In this document: in pieces, positions 11,196 to 22,367 of the stretch
How the letters are laid out: the number at the start of each line of letters is the position of its first letter
Position numbering within the stretch: position 1 is the first letter of the stretch
Made by a program: the position numbers and the translations under genes
The notes under the pieces: model-generated
Database searches by the model: none
Seen by the model: the letters and a program-made list of their open reading frames with translations, nothing else
What the model was told of the DNA's origin: nothing
Assembly: GCA_052426225.1 (NCBI GenBank)
Contig: JBNJNM010000021.1
Location: 558,001 to 622,000, forward strand
Direction: 5' to 3'
From: Zancudomyces culisetae HAW-14-8
Lineage: Eukaryota; Fungi; Kickxellomycota
Length of the DNA stretch: 64,000 bases

Positions 11196-14100
11196 ATGGG
11201 GACAATAGAATATCGGGTGAGCGGGATGACGTGTAAATCCTGCGTAAACGCCGTACAAGGAGCGGCAAAGACGGTAGGGGGTGTGGAAAAAGTCATTGTA
11301 GATTTGAAGGGAGGCAGAGCAACAGTAGAGGTGAAGAGAAAAACAAAACGAATTAGAGAAGAAATAAGGCAAGCGATTGAAGATAGTGGATTTGATGTAA
11401 AAATAGTAAGTTCTGAAGAAAAGGCAAAAGAGGTTGAGCAACAGGAACAAGAAAAAAAACAATTAAGCGAAAAGCCAGACGCAGAAATAAAGAAAGTGGT
11501 GCTGGAAATAGAAGGAATGACCTGTAACTCATGTGTAAAGAGTATTAAATCGTGCCTGCGAGGAGTGAATGGGGTAATCGATGCAAAGATAAGTTTGGAG
11601 AAGAATGAGGGAGTAATAACATTTGATGAAGCACAAGTAGAGGTAGATGTGATAGAAGAAGCGATAAGAGATTGTGGATTTGAGGTAAAAGTTAAGGAAG
11701 AGGATGAAGATGAAGAAGCAGAGGAGTTGTTATTTGAGTGGATTTTCAGCACAGTTGAGAAGCTTGAAAGAGATGAGGCGAAGATAGTGGAGAAAGGTCT
11801 TAAAGCGATTGAGGGAGTTGAGAGGGTAAAAATTCGTGGTAGAGAGATAAGAGTGAAGTATGATGGAGGCAAAGCCAAAGTCGAAGATATTATTGAAGTA
11901 ATGGGAGAGCTTGGGATAGGAATAGAAGAGAAGCGACAAAGCAGTAGTACTGAAAATAGGACAGAGTACGAGAAACTAGTATCAGAATTTGAAAAGGATT
12001 CAACATTGGTGCCAATGGGAGGCGGGCAAGAAAGTACAATTGGCGTGATGGGTAGTAGCGGAAGAGTTGGTGAAGATGGAGTAACGAGAAAGGCATTTTT
12101 TACAGTTAAAGGCATGACCTGTAGTAGTTGTGTGCGAGGGATAGAAACAGGACTATATAAACTGAGTTATGTGAAAGAAGCGATGGTTAATTTATTGGCA
12201 CAACAGGCAAAGGTGGTGTACTGTGATGAAAGTGAAAAGACACAAGAGATAATAACGACAATAGAGGATTTGGGATTTGAGGCAGCACTGGTTAGCGAAG
12301 AGGTGGTGGAGAAGAAGATTCCAGGAGTTTCTAATGATGAATATTCAGTAAACCGGTATTCACAAGCAGAACTGCAAGTTCACGGGATGGGAGAAGAGGA
12401 TGAAGGAAAGAAAATAGAGGCCGAGTTGATGAAGCTGGACGGAATTCAATCGGCAAAAGTAAAATACGGGTCAAATTCAGCGATAGTGAGGTATGAGAAC
12501 GGAGTGATTGGAGTGCGAGATATAATAAAAGCGATTCATGAGATGGGATATGACGTGTTTATTGCGAGTCAAATCGGAAGCCAACAGTTAGAGTCATTAC
12601 GGAGAACAGAAGAAATAGTGATGTGGAAGAAGAGTCTGATACAGTCATTGTGGTTGGGAGTACCAGTGATGATATTAGCAAAGGTGTTTCCGCATATACC
12701 AGGAACCAAGACTCTGATAATGATGGAAGTAACGACGGGGCTTCCGATTGGAGTATTTATACAGGCAATACTTACGACGATATTGATGTTTACGGTGGGA
12801 ACTCAGTTCTACAAGCGATCTTATAGAGCGCTGAGAGGAGGGCATGCCACTATGGATGTGTTGGTGGCAGTGGGTGCGGGGCTTTCTTATGCGTTTTCGC
12901 TATTTATGTTGACGTGGACGGTGGTAAACCAGCTGAAAATGAAGCCTCACTGTTTCTTTGAGGCAGCAGCAATGTTGATAATGTTTGTTTCAGGAGGAAG
13001 ATATCTTGAAAACCTGGCAAAGGGGAATGCATCAAAGGCATTGGCACAGCTAATGACACTTACACCACCAAAGGCAATGTTATTGGAGCGCAATGCAGAG
13101 GGAGAGATAGAGTCAGAGCGACTGATAGATAGCGAGTTGTTGCAAGTAGGCGATGAGCTGCGTGTGTTTCCTGGAGACAAAATAGCAGCCGATGGAGTTG
13201 TGAGCGAAGGAGAAACAGAAATTGATGAATCAACAGTTACAGGAGAAGCATTACCAGTGACAAAAGTTGTAGGCAGTTTATTGATTGCGGGGACGGTTAA
13301 CTGTACAGGCACATTTACTATGCGATGTACACGAGTGGGAGGCGATACAGCGTTGGCTCAGATAGTCAAGCTAGTAGAAAATGCGCAGATAAACAAAACA
13401 CGCATCCAACAGTTTGCCGATCAAGTATCACAATACTTTGTACCTGCTGTCTTGGTGTTATCAATACTAACTTTTATTGGCTGGATGGTTGTGCTAACTA
13501 CCAACATCTTTAAAGTGCCAGAAATTATGGCCAAACAAGTTGAGATGACAGGTAGCGCTGTTGTAGTTGCACTGAAGATAGCTGTGGCAGTGGTCGCTGT
13601 AGCATGTCCGTGTGCATTGGGGCTAAGTACTCCAACTGCTGTAATGGTTGGAACAGGTGTTGGTGCACAGATGGGTATTCTGATTAAGGGTGGTGATGCG
13701 CTAGAGACGGCAAGTGGAGTTTCAACTGTGATATTTGACAAGACTGGTACGCTGACAAAGGGTGAGATGGATGTGGCATGTGTTTCCAGTAACGACGATG
13801 ATTCCTGGCCAGAGAGAACGTTTTTGGCAATAGTTGGTGCTGCTGAATCACACTCAGAGCATGCGTTGGGCAAATCTATTGTGAGATACTGTGAATCTGA
13901 GTTTGGCGCTGGTTTGCTAAATGCCTTTACAAACACTTATGATTTCCGTGCGCTTTCTGGACTTGGGCTTAAGTGTCGTGTTGAAATCAAAAAACACGCT
14001 ACTTTTTATGATTCTGCCCACTCCTCAATGATTGATGTTGCTATTGGTAATCGTTCTCTCATGCAGCTTAACTCTGTTTCCATTCCTGAAGGCAACCACC

Positions 14101-15236
14101 CTGTAGCTCAACAAATGGCTCGTTTCGAGCAGCAAGGTTGTACTGTACTTATTGTTTCCTTCAACCGCTCTTACGCTGGCTTTTTGGCTCTATCTGACAC
14201 TCTTCGCCCTGAAGCAAAGGCTACTGTTTCCACTCTTAAGCATTTGGGAATTGATGTTGTTATGGTTACTGGTGATCAACCTCGTACTGCTCGTCATATT
14301 GCTGAGTTGTGTGGAATCGAGTTGGTTTATGCTGCTGTTACTCCTGCCGGTAAAAAACGTATTGTTTCAAAACTTCAACACCAGGCTCCTCTCCATTCTC
14401 TCAAAAAATCGTCTTTTATTTACAACTACTTTACCTATTACAAAAACAAAATCTTTTCTTCTTCTTCTTCTCAACGTCCGCTTCCTCTTAACCCAAAGAT
14501 TCAAAATGTTGCTATGGTTGGTGATGGCATAAATGACTCTCCTGCTTTGGCTTCTGCTGATCTAGGAATCGCCATTAGTTCTGGAACGGATGTAGCAATC
14601 GAGGCTGCTTCTATGGTCTTGATGCGTCACGATCTTACTGATGTTGTAAATGCCCTGGTTCTTTCAAAGACCATTTTCCGCAGAATTAAATACAACTATT
14701 TCTGGGCCTGTCTCTACAATTTTGTTGGAATCCCTGTAGCTATGGGTTTGTTCATTCCCACCAATGGCTTTGAACTGCCTCCCGCATATGCTGGTGCTGC
14801 GATGGCTCTATCCAGTCTGAGTGTTATGATTTCTAGTTTGCTACTCAAAACATACAAAAAACCTGTTGTCTCTGATGACTATGTAACTGGTAACCAACTA
14901 CTTGCCTTCAGAGGCGCTGACAATGAGGAATCTGTATCCACTACTGTTCTGCTAACGCTGGAAGACGACGACTTGGATTCACAATACAGTAATGATATCA
15001 ATAACGCCATTGTGAGGTTCTCGATCGATTCAAACATCTCTTCGGCCTCCACTTCTTCCTATACCTCCAACCTATTGTCAACAATGATGAACGAGCATGA
15101 TAAAAACAATTCCGACGAAACTAATGGCGCATATCCTTTACGACTAAAAGAGTTGCATAAAAGCAAGACCACTCAATTTGCAGAAAAACAACCCAAAGAA
15201 AACACTAAAAACCATTTATACACGCCTTTGTTGTAA
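11196..15236 (+). CDS. CCC2: P1B-type Cu(I)-transporting ATPase (Ccc2/ATP7 family)
   Basis: Three GMTCxSC HMA motifs plus degenerate HMA repeats, TGEA, ACPCALGL, DKTGTLT, SEH, TGD, GDGINDSPAL, and TM YN and MALSS copper-specificity residues. Confidence 0.93.
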   Translation: MGTIEYRVSGMTCKSCVNAVQGAAKTVGGVEKVIVDLKGGRATVEVKRKTKRIREEIRQAIEDSGFDVKIVSSEEKAKEVEQQEQEKKQLSEKPDAEIKKVVLEIEGMTCNSCVKSIKSCLRGVNGVIDAKISLEKNEGVITFDEAQVEVDVIEEAIRDCGFEVKVKEEDEDEEAEELLFEWIFSTVEKLERDEAKIVEKGLKAIEGVERVKIRGREIRVKYDGGKAKVEDIIEVMGELGIGIEEKRQSSSTENRTEYEKLVSEFEKDSTLVPMGGGQESTIGVMGSSGRVGEDGVTRKAFFTVKGMTCSSCVRGIETGLYKLSYVKEAMVNLLAQQAKVVYCDESEKTQEIITTIEDLGFEAALVSEEVVEKKIPGVSNDEYSVNRYSQAELQVHGMGEEDEGKKIEAELMKLDGIQSAKVKYGSNSAIVRYENGVIGVRDIIKAIHEMGYDVFIASQIGSQQLESLRRTEEIVMWKKSLIQSLWLGVPVMILAKVFPHIPGTKTLIMMEVTTGLPIGVFIQAILTTILMFTVGTQFYKRSYRALRGGHATMDVLVAVGAGLSYAFSLFMLTWTVVNQLKMKPHCFFEAAAMLIMFVSGGRYLENLAKGNASKALAQLMTLTPPKAMLLERNAEGEIESERLIDSELLQVGDELRVFPGDKIAADGVVSEGETEIDESTVTGEALPVTKVVGSLLIAGTVNCTGTFTMRCTRVGGDTALAQIVKLVENAQINKTRIQQFADQVSQYFVPAVLVLSILTFIGWMVVLTTNIFKVPEIMAKQVEMTGSAVVVALKIAVAVVAVACPCALGLSTPTAVMVGTGVGAQMGILIKGGDALETASGVSTVIFDKTGTLTKGEMDVACVSSNDDDSWPERTFLAIVGAAESHSEHALGKSIVRYCESEFGAGLLNAFTNTYDFRALSGLGLKCRVEIKKHATFYDSAHSSMIDVAIGNRSLMQLNSVSIPEGNHPVAQQMARFEQQGCTVLIVSFNRSYAGFLALSDTLRPEAKATVSTLKHLGIDVVMVTGDQPRTARHIAELCGIELVYAAVTPAGKKRIVSKLQHQAPLHSLKKSSFIYNYFTYYKNKIFSSSSSQRPLPLNPKIQNVAMVGDGINDSPALASADLGIAISSGTDVAIEAASMVLMRHDLTDVVNALVLSKTIFRRIKYNYFWACLYNFVGIPVAMGLFIPTNGFELPPAYAGAAMALSSLSVMISSLLLKTYKKPVVSDDYVTGNQLLAFRGADNEESVSTTVLLTLEDDDLDSQYSNDINNAIVRFSIDSNISSASTSSYTSNLLSTMMNEHDKNNSDETNGAYPLRLKELHKSKTTQFAEKQPKENTKNHLYTPLL

Positions 15237-15449
15237 TATTATTTTTTTATAATTTATTCCAACATTTATTCACTTTTACATTCATTTACATATACATATA
15301 CATATACATATAATTGTTTATTTATTTACTTTTCTGAAAAGTATATGTCCTAGTCTAGGTATATAAATAAAAAATTTCTAATCATAAATGGTAACCTCTT
15401 ATATATCTCTTTCTCTCTCTCTTTCTCTTTCCCCTTCATCACTTCCAAT

Positions 15450-18056
15450 TCAGTACAATTGTTCAAGTTTAGATAAACAATCTTGGTATTTTTGTAAATA
15501 CAATTCAAAAGTTGGAGTTTTAAGTTTGAGTAAATCAATGGGGTTTGTAGACCGAGGAATATTAGAAATGATATCTTTTCTAAAATGAAAGGCTTGAGAA
15601 TTGGCAACCAAAGAAACTGCTGAATTGTTGAAAGATTCAATCAAGTTTTTAGAGTTTTCAATATTAGCAGCTAAATCCAAATCCAAATCTGAATCCAAAT
15701 CCAAATCCAACTTGGATGTTTTTGTTGATGTTGATGTTTTTTTTGATGTTGATGTTTTTTTTGATGTTGATGTTGATGTTGATGTTGGTGATATCAATGA
15801 TGATGATAGACCACGGCAAGTACGACCGATTCTATGCAAGTATTGATTAAATGTCAGTGGAGGATCATAGTTGACGACCAAATTGATATCAAGATCCAAA
15901 CCACGAGACAAAGAATCTGTAGAAACCAAGACTTGGCATTTTGGTAGTGTTTTATTAGTTTGCTCTGTGGTATTATTTGCTGTTGTTGGTTTGAATTTTT
16001 GAAGAATTGTTGAGTTTTGTTTATTGTTTTGTGGCAAATACTCACAAATTTCAATATCTTGATTAGAATTATCAAAGTATAGTTGTAAAAGCTTATACAA
16101 CCTTGAGTTTGTATCATATGTGTTTGTAAATACCAGTATATTTACATTACCATTGACATTTAGTGATGTCTTTGTTGATGTAGTTGCTATTAATTTTGTG
16201 GCATTGCATAGCTCATTCAAATAATGAATAAGTGCAATTGGTTTATGGAATGATGAAACAATAATATATCTTTGTTTTAGATTTGCAGGTAATGACGACA
16301 CTTCTTCTCCATCCCCCTTTCCTTCTGTCTCTCCAACTTGTTTTTCTTTTTCATCTCCACCTTCATTATCCAAATCATTATTGATTTTCGGTACTGATGA
16401 TAATGTGCTAATTCGTTGTTCAATTTTGACAAATTTGGGATTAACCAATGTGAGTTGGAATAATTTGATGATATCCTGGTTATTGCTCAGTAATGATGCT
16501 GAATAGAATACCTTTTGAATTCTTCGGATCACGTTTCCATTACTTCCATTTCGATTGTTGTTAAAAGTAGTTTTATTTCCATTAACCAAAATCAGGTCAT
16601 TCCAGTTTCCATTCCAATTCCAATTTCCATTTCCATTATTAAAACTAGTATTGTTTTCAGTATCAGTCTCAGTATCAGTATCAGTACCAGTACTATTATT
16701 GGAAGAATTGATGTTTTCGTACTGGTTAATTCGTGCCACCAAATCCTGATAGTTTTGTCTAACTAACTTGTCGGCCTCATCGAACACCATCAAATTTACA
16801 TAATCCAGTCTAATTGTTTGATTATTCAAATGGTCTACTAATCTCCCTGGTGTACATATCAGCACATTATAATTTCCCAAATAATATTGTATCCCACTTC
16901 CACCACCATACTCACCGCCAACACCCACAGTTTGCAATCCTAATCTTTCACTCTCTTTATTCATAGATTCTTCTCCAGAAACCATCCCTACCTTTATTCT
17001 CTGTCGTATTTCACTACCACCTGTGCCATTTACTATTCCCGTAAACACTTTGTACACTTGCTTTACCAACTCTTTGCTAGGAACTATTATTATTACCTCT
17101 AATCGTTTCAACTCCTTATTGTTGCTACTACCGCCTCCAACCTGTGTACCAGTTGTTCGATCTAGTGAATTCACATAGCTTGTGGAATCCTGTGTGTTCA
17201 ATAACCGCATTATTATTGGAATTATGTACCCCAGCGTCTTTCCCGTCCCAGTTGGTGACATTATACAATAATCGCTGATATAGTTGGTTGTCAAGTATCG
17301 GTTATTCACTAGTGCATTTACTCTTTTTGCAAACCCTTTGTAATTAACCCCTTTATCACCGCTTTTAACACGATTATTGGTATTTGTATTCGTATCAACA
17401 TTATTCATACTATCATTTTCGAGTGCATTCTTCCATGAACAATTGTAATTTGTCCCTGCTGGTAATAACAGTTGTGTGGAAATCACCTGTACCGCAAATA
17501 AATCTTTGATATTCATTTTTTCAACAAGAGTTTTCGATATTTCTGGATGTACATGCATATGTATACGTCGCTGATAATTACCGAGGCTATTACCATCAGT
17601 AAATACCTTGTGGTTTTTGCAAGGTTCCAACTTGTACTTTAGATTCAAATCAACCAAGATTGGATTTTTGACCCATTCAGGTAGTCCCACCTTACTTCTA
17701 CCTGCAGCATTGGTAGCTTTTTGTGTAGTTTCTTGTTGATTGGAAAACGAAGGAAAACTTTTAAGCGCACCAAGGCCTGTGTGTTTATCATTTACCTTTG
17801 AATCCTGCTCTAATTCCTCCTCTTCTTGTTCATCGCTTTGTTCTTCACTTTCTTCTTGCTCTTGTTGTTCTTGTTCCTTTATTTCATCTATTTCCTCATT
17901 TTTATTTTGCGGTTCTGTGTTGGTTTTGATTCTCTTATTTGCTACTTCAAGAATTTTCTTGTATTTTTCCTGCTTATCTTTTCGCTTAAGTTTATCTCTA
18001 CCCACTTCTTGTCCCTTTTTGCTTTTCGTCTCTGTTTCCACTTGCTCAATCTTCAT
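15450..18056 (-). CDS. DBP6: DEAD-box RNA helicase Dbp6/DDX51 (60S biogenesis) with low-complexity insertions
   Basis: LPEWV N-terminal motif, Q motif LFAVQ, SPTGTGKT, TPGRLVDH, DEAD, SRGLD, YLHRIGRTCR and C-terminal YQDCL..L, all typical of Dbp6. Confidence 0.85.
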   Translation of the reverse strand: MKIEQVETETKSKKGQEVGRDKLKRKDKQEKYKKILEVANKRIKTNTEPQNKNEEIDEIKEQEQQEQEESEEQSDEQEEEELEQDSKVNDKHTGLGALKSFPSFSNQQETTQKATNAAGRSKVGLPEWVKNPILVDLNLKYKLEPCKNHKVFTDGNSLGNYQRRIHMHVHPEISKTLVEKMNIKDLFAVQVISTQLLLPAGTNYNCSWKNALENDSMNNVDTNTNTNNRVKSGDKGVNYKGFAKRVNALVNNRYLTTNYISDYCIMSPTGTGKTLGYIIPIIMRLLNTQDSTSYVNSLDRTTGTQVGGGSSNNKELKRLEVIIIVPSKELVKQVYKVFTGIVNGTGGSEIRQRIKVGMVSGEESMNKESERLGLQTVGVGGEYGGGSGIQYYLGNYNVLICTPGRLVDHLNNQTIRLDYVNLMVFDEADKLVRQNYQDLVARINQYENINSSNNSTGTDTDTETDTENNTSFNNGNGNWNWNGNWNDLILVNGNKTTFNNNRNGSNGNVIRRIQKVFYSASLLSNNQDIIKLFQLTLVNPKFVKIEQRISTLSSVPKINNDLDNEGGDEKEKQVGETEGKGDGEEVSSLPANLKQRYIIVSSFHKPIALIHYLNELCNATKLIATTSTKTSLNVNGNVNILVFTNTYDTNSRLYKLLQLYFDNSNQDIEICEYLPQNNKQNSTILQKFKPTTANNTTEQTNKTLPKCQVLVSTDSLSRGLDLDINLVVNYDPPLTFNQYLHRIGRTCRGLSSSLISPTSTSTSTSKKTSTSKKTSTSTKTSKLDLDLDSDLDLDLAANIENSKNLIESFNNSAVSLVANSQAFHFRKDIISNIPRSTNPIDLLKLKTPTFELYLQKYQDCLSKLEQLY

Positions 18057-18488
18057 TTTTATTTTCTTTCTTGCTATTCTTTTTCTATTTAAATTTCAAG
18101 TTCACATTTAACTTGATTAACAAAAAGCACTACTATATTAAAAAAAAATTTTTTTTTTTTGAAAAATACTCCAATGTTAATTGATCTTCAAGTATTGTGG
18201 AGTTTTGGATCTGGGTTTGTGCATCACTAATTTTTTTTTAATTCCTTCAAAAGTTTAAACACATGTAATACTAACTGATTAAATCAAAAAGAAAATCAAG
18301 AATATACTTTATTTCACCTTGATATTAATCAAAGTTGAATTTTTGTTCTCTAACAAGGCTAATGTATACATTAAGTTTGTAAATGAACAGCATTTACTAA
18401 CAAAATATGACCCACTACAACAAACAAAAAAAAAACAATGATAAAAACAAAAAATGTACCAACATGTCAATTTATCAAGCATAAAAAT

Positions 18489-19796
18489 CTATTTTCGCTT
18501 CTCGGTCTCGGTAGCAATATCCTCTTTAATTGATTCCAAAAGTTCCTTGCCAAAAATATCGAAATCCTCAATAGAAACATAGATCTGTGCAGACAACCTT
18601 ACCCACCAGGCACCATTATGTGGGTAGAATGAACCAATAATGTTTTTCTTTTTCAACATTGAGTCCAACAACCCAGCACCAACAGCATCATGAATTGGAT
18701 TTCCATGTTCTAGAGGAAGTTTTGCGTTGATCATGTGTGCAATTTGATGTGAGTTTTGTTCACTGCACATACCCACAAGTCCATATTTTGATTCCAATAG
18801 CGACGCAGCTTCCAGTGCTAAGTTTCTGCAATAACTTTGGATCTTCTTCAATCCTCCGACTGCTTCAATAAAATTAAGTGCTGCACAGGTGGACAGATAC
18901 TGGCTAAAATCTATGGTTCCCTGCCACAAGAACGATTCGTTAAAACCTTCGTTGTCTCCGTATGCCCATGAAATTGTTAGTGGAAAGATATCTTTTTGTA
19001 ATTCTTTCTTGACGTACATTATCGCACACCCACGTCTTGCATACATCCATTTGTGGGCGTTTGTTACCATATAATCGACATCCAAGTTGTCCATATCCAG
19101 ATCTATTTGGCCAATTGCATGTGCCGCGTCCAAAAATACGGGGATACCATGACTCCTGAATACTTTGGCCAGTTCTTGGAATGGAAAGACAATTCCTGGT
19201 ACCGAGCCTATGGCATCAACAAGCGCAAGTCTGATACGTTTGCCATTTCCGGTGCTACCAGTTACTTCTTTAATGGTTTCAATAGTGCGGTCAATGATTT
19301 CTTGGTCCGAACATGGGAAGTTCAAGTTGATGTCAACAGCCTCACATAGACCAGAATCCTTCACAAACGAAATGGTATTGTAGCAAGCACCATATGCTGT
19401 GTTATATCTTAGAACTACATCCCCAGGTTCAAACTTAAGACTCTTGATAACTGTGTTGAATCCAGCAGTAGCACAGAACACATACACAAGCTCTGTATGA
19501 TCGGCGACTCCCAGTACTGGTGCTACTCTTTTCAAACTGTTTTCGATAAGAGGTCGGATGGAATGCCGCATAAACTTGTCTGGGTTATACTCTGCACACT
19601 TGGCAAGGTAGGTAACGTATTCATCGACGTACTTGGGTGTAGTTCCGTACGATCCGTGGTTCAATGGAAGGTATTCGGGGTCGAGCATAAACGCTTTTCG
19701 CATTTCTCTGCCAAATTCTGTTGGCAATTCGCTTATTTGTGGTACGGGAAGTACTTTAAGAGCTTCATCAATATCGTATGGCATAAGTTTTTCCAT
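18489..19796 (-). CDS. EGT2: PLP-dependent class V C-S lyase, hercynylcysteine sulfoxide lyase Egt2-like
   Basis: FG..MR..F.LDPEYLPLNHGSYG, DAAHAIGQ, PLP lysine in TNAHKWMY, F.WQGTIDFS.YL, WVRLSAQIY. Confidence 0.8.
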   Translation of the reverse strand: MEKLMPYDIDEALKVLPVPQISELPTEFGREMRKAFMLDPEYLPLNHGSYGTTPKYVDEYVTYLAKCAEYNPDKFMRHSIRPLIENSLKRVAPVLGVADHTELVYVFCATAGFNTVIKSLKFEPGDVVLRYNTAYGACYNTISFVKDSGLCEAVDINLNFPCSDQEIIDRTIETIKEVTGSTGNGKRIRLALVDAIGSVPGIVFPFQELAKVFRSHGIPVFLDAAHAIGQIDLDMDNLDVDYMVTNAHKWMYARRGCAIMYVKKELQKDIFPLTISWAYGDNEGFNESFLWQGTIDFSQYLSTCAALNFIEAVGGLKKIQSYCRNLALEAASLLESKYGLVGMCSEQNSHQIAHMINAKLPLEHGNPIHDAVGAGLLDSMLKKKNIIGSFYPHNGAWWVRLSAQIYVSIEDFDIFGKELLESIKEDIATETEKRK

Positions 19797-21466
19797 GTTT
19801 TAGAATCCAACACCTTTTAATTTGTCCGTTTGTCTATCTGTTCGTTTGCTTTGTTTTGTTTTGTTTTGTTTTTTGTTCCTTGTTTCCTTTTTAAAGGAGT
19901 GGGGGCTTGGACCAGATCATTGTGAATTTATACTTTTTTTCAGGAATTCTACGTTGTTTTATTTTTAAACTCTTTTGCATATTTGATTTATGGTTGGATT
20001 GGACAAATCTACAATTTAATCACCTCTCTACTTTCCCTCTCGCCTCCCACTCCCCCAATTCTCCCCCTTGGTTCAAGTTTCATCTGTTTCGTAAAATAGT
20101 TTATTTCTCTGAATTAATTTTCGAGAATTGTGAATATGAATATGAAAAATAAGCAATAAAAAAAAACGATAAAGATGACATGTTATGTGAACATTAAAAG
20201 TTAAATATAACGTATTATAAATAGTGTATTGAGATTCTCAAAAGTAAATAAGTATAAGATGGAGAGGAGGGGGACGGAGAACAGGTGTTTACTGTTTTAA
20301 TCTTTCAATAATAGGTTTAGTGACTCAATAGATATATCAATTTAAAAATTGAGATATGCGTTTATCTATTTTCTACACAGGTATAAGTTGATTTGTAATA
20401 CTAATCAGTTATAACAGTAATAAAAAAATGAAATATCCAGTAGAAAGACAAGATACTTTATATATTATTACAACTCTAATAATTGTATGATATAGCTTTT
20501 CTTTTGCGATTAAACCTAAATATGATGCTACATTTTCTCATTACCCAGAGTATCTCATTAGTGTTCGGGAAAAAAAAACACAGTAGACACAGGTAACACA
20601 GACTATTTAACAACAAAGAGAAAGAACAACACCGATCCTTATAAAAATTTTGACTCCTGGTTTCCAGTAACCCTTTTTAGTACGTAAGTATCATTTATGG
20701 CGCAGTTGTGGCAGTGGAATGTGATGAAAACGGTGTTACTGCTTTTCCCTTCTTTTTTCTTTTTTTTTTACTTAAGAATAGGGGCTGGAGTGAGCTACCC
20801 AGTTTAGTCACAGCTTGTGCATTACTTGCACTGCTTTTTCGAGTTGTTCCAGGTGATATAAATACAAATTTGAGGTAATAAGACGTTTTTAATATTCCTA
20901 CTTCCCCCTCATGTCCCTTTCCTCCTCCTCCTCCTCATCCTCACCCTTATCCTCTTCTCCACACTCTAATGAGCTAAGACTCCATTATACTACGGTTACC
21001 TAATATTTTTATCAAAATTGGTGCACATTTTCCAACTCCTCTTGGCTACCTATATTCTATTTGCCTTTGACTTTCTCAGGTCATTCAGGTTGCTTCCAAA
21101 AATATAATTCCCAATGTAATTAATGTAATATAAACTATGCACAATTGCTAATTTATTAGCAAAACTCTTTTACAAAACTCATGCTTTTTTTCTTAATGGG
21201 GATTACAACCCCACTATGTATAAAAATGAAATACATTAGTGGAATTGCTATCCCGGAAAAAACAAAGATAACATTTTTAGCATCTGGAAAAATATACATA
21301 AATGGTCAAGTGGTTGTCATTCAAGTTTTATTTTTTTTTGTAATATATAAATATACATAAATAATAGTTATTATATATTGCCAAACTTTTTAATAAAGAA
21401 TTTAGAAAAAAGTAAATACAATCTTATGGATTTCCCAAAAAGTAAAAAGTGCAGTTCTATATAAGA

Positions 21467-21973
21467 ATGGAGACTAAGACTACTGGCTTTGTTATAATAT
21501 TACTTGTACTAGTGATCGGTTATCTAATCAAATCAAAACTACCTAGTAAACACAACCAAGATGCGCAAAATGAACAACAAACAGAACACTCTGTAGTTGC
21601 TCAAGAAAGACCTGTACCTGGCCTTGTACCTGGATTCCACATTGTGGAAATGTCTCGTATTGGTGACACGGATGAACATATAGAGTCGTTGCCAAAATAC
21701 ACACCGGCACTGTTTAGCTCTCCTCAAGAATTGAGTCGGTTTCCTATAATATTTTGGAACAAGCTAGACGAACACGGTAACAATCGAGATGGCGAGAGCA
21801 TAACTTGCGCTTTGTGTACTAAAGAAATACCACAGGGAGTTCCTATCCGTTCGATACCCTGTAGCCACCTATTTCATATTTCCTGTTTGGATTCGTACCT
21901 ACTATCTGTAGCTGCCAGCTGCCCTGAATGTGCTGTCAACCTGCATCCAGGATTAGCTGAACCAGCGGTATAA
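21467..21973 (+). CDS. Small single-pass membrane RING-H2 E3 ubiquitin ligase-like protein
   Basis: ATG at 21467; N-terminal hydrophobic helix (GFVIILLVLVIGYLI); C3H2C3 RING CALC..IPCSHLFHISCLD..CPEC. Confidence 0.85.
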   Translation: METKTTGFVIILLVLVIGYLIKSKLPSKHNQDAQNEQQTEHSVVAQERPVPGLVPGFHIVEMSRIGDTDEHIESLPKYTPALFSSPQELSRFPIIFWNKLDEHGNNRDGESITCALCTKEIPQGVPIRSIPCSHLFHISCLDSYLLSVAASCPECAVNLHPGLAEPAV

Positions 21974-22367
21974 GAATTAGCAAATGATTGTGGATGAGGA
22001 AAAGTATTAAATCAAGTGCGTGGTAGAACCCGATAAATTATCCAAGAATAACACTCCTTTGTGTCCTCAGGGTCCGAAAAGTAGCAAACGTTCTTTTTTA
22101 CTGTATTTCTATGTTTTCCTTATTGTATTATTTAGTATATATATATTTATATCTGGTATAAGGATAAAAGGGGAGGGTATGTGAGATTGACACATGTTTT
22201 TTTCTTTTTGTTTGCTACTATTACTTTTTCCAATTTAATCTGGTTTTGCAAAAGAGTTTTATTTTTAAATACCAAATAAACCCATAGCTTGATATAGCAT
22301 AAAGATAGAAAAGATTAAAAAAAAAAGAAAAACGTAACTGTGAATGAAAATGTAAATGAAAACCCAT

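Noticed and set aside
11129-12115. 328-aa antisense ORF over CCC2 and many similar shadow ORFs (e.g. 43603-44328, 31026-31571, 61004-61303)
   Set aside because: Antisense to confident genes; low-complexity by-products of codon and purine bias.
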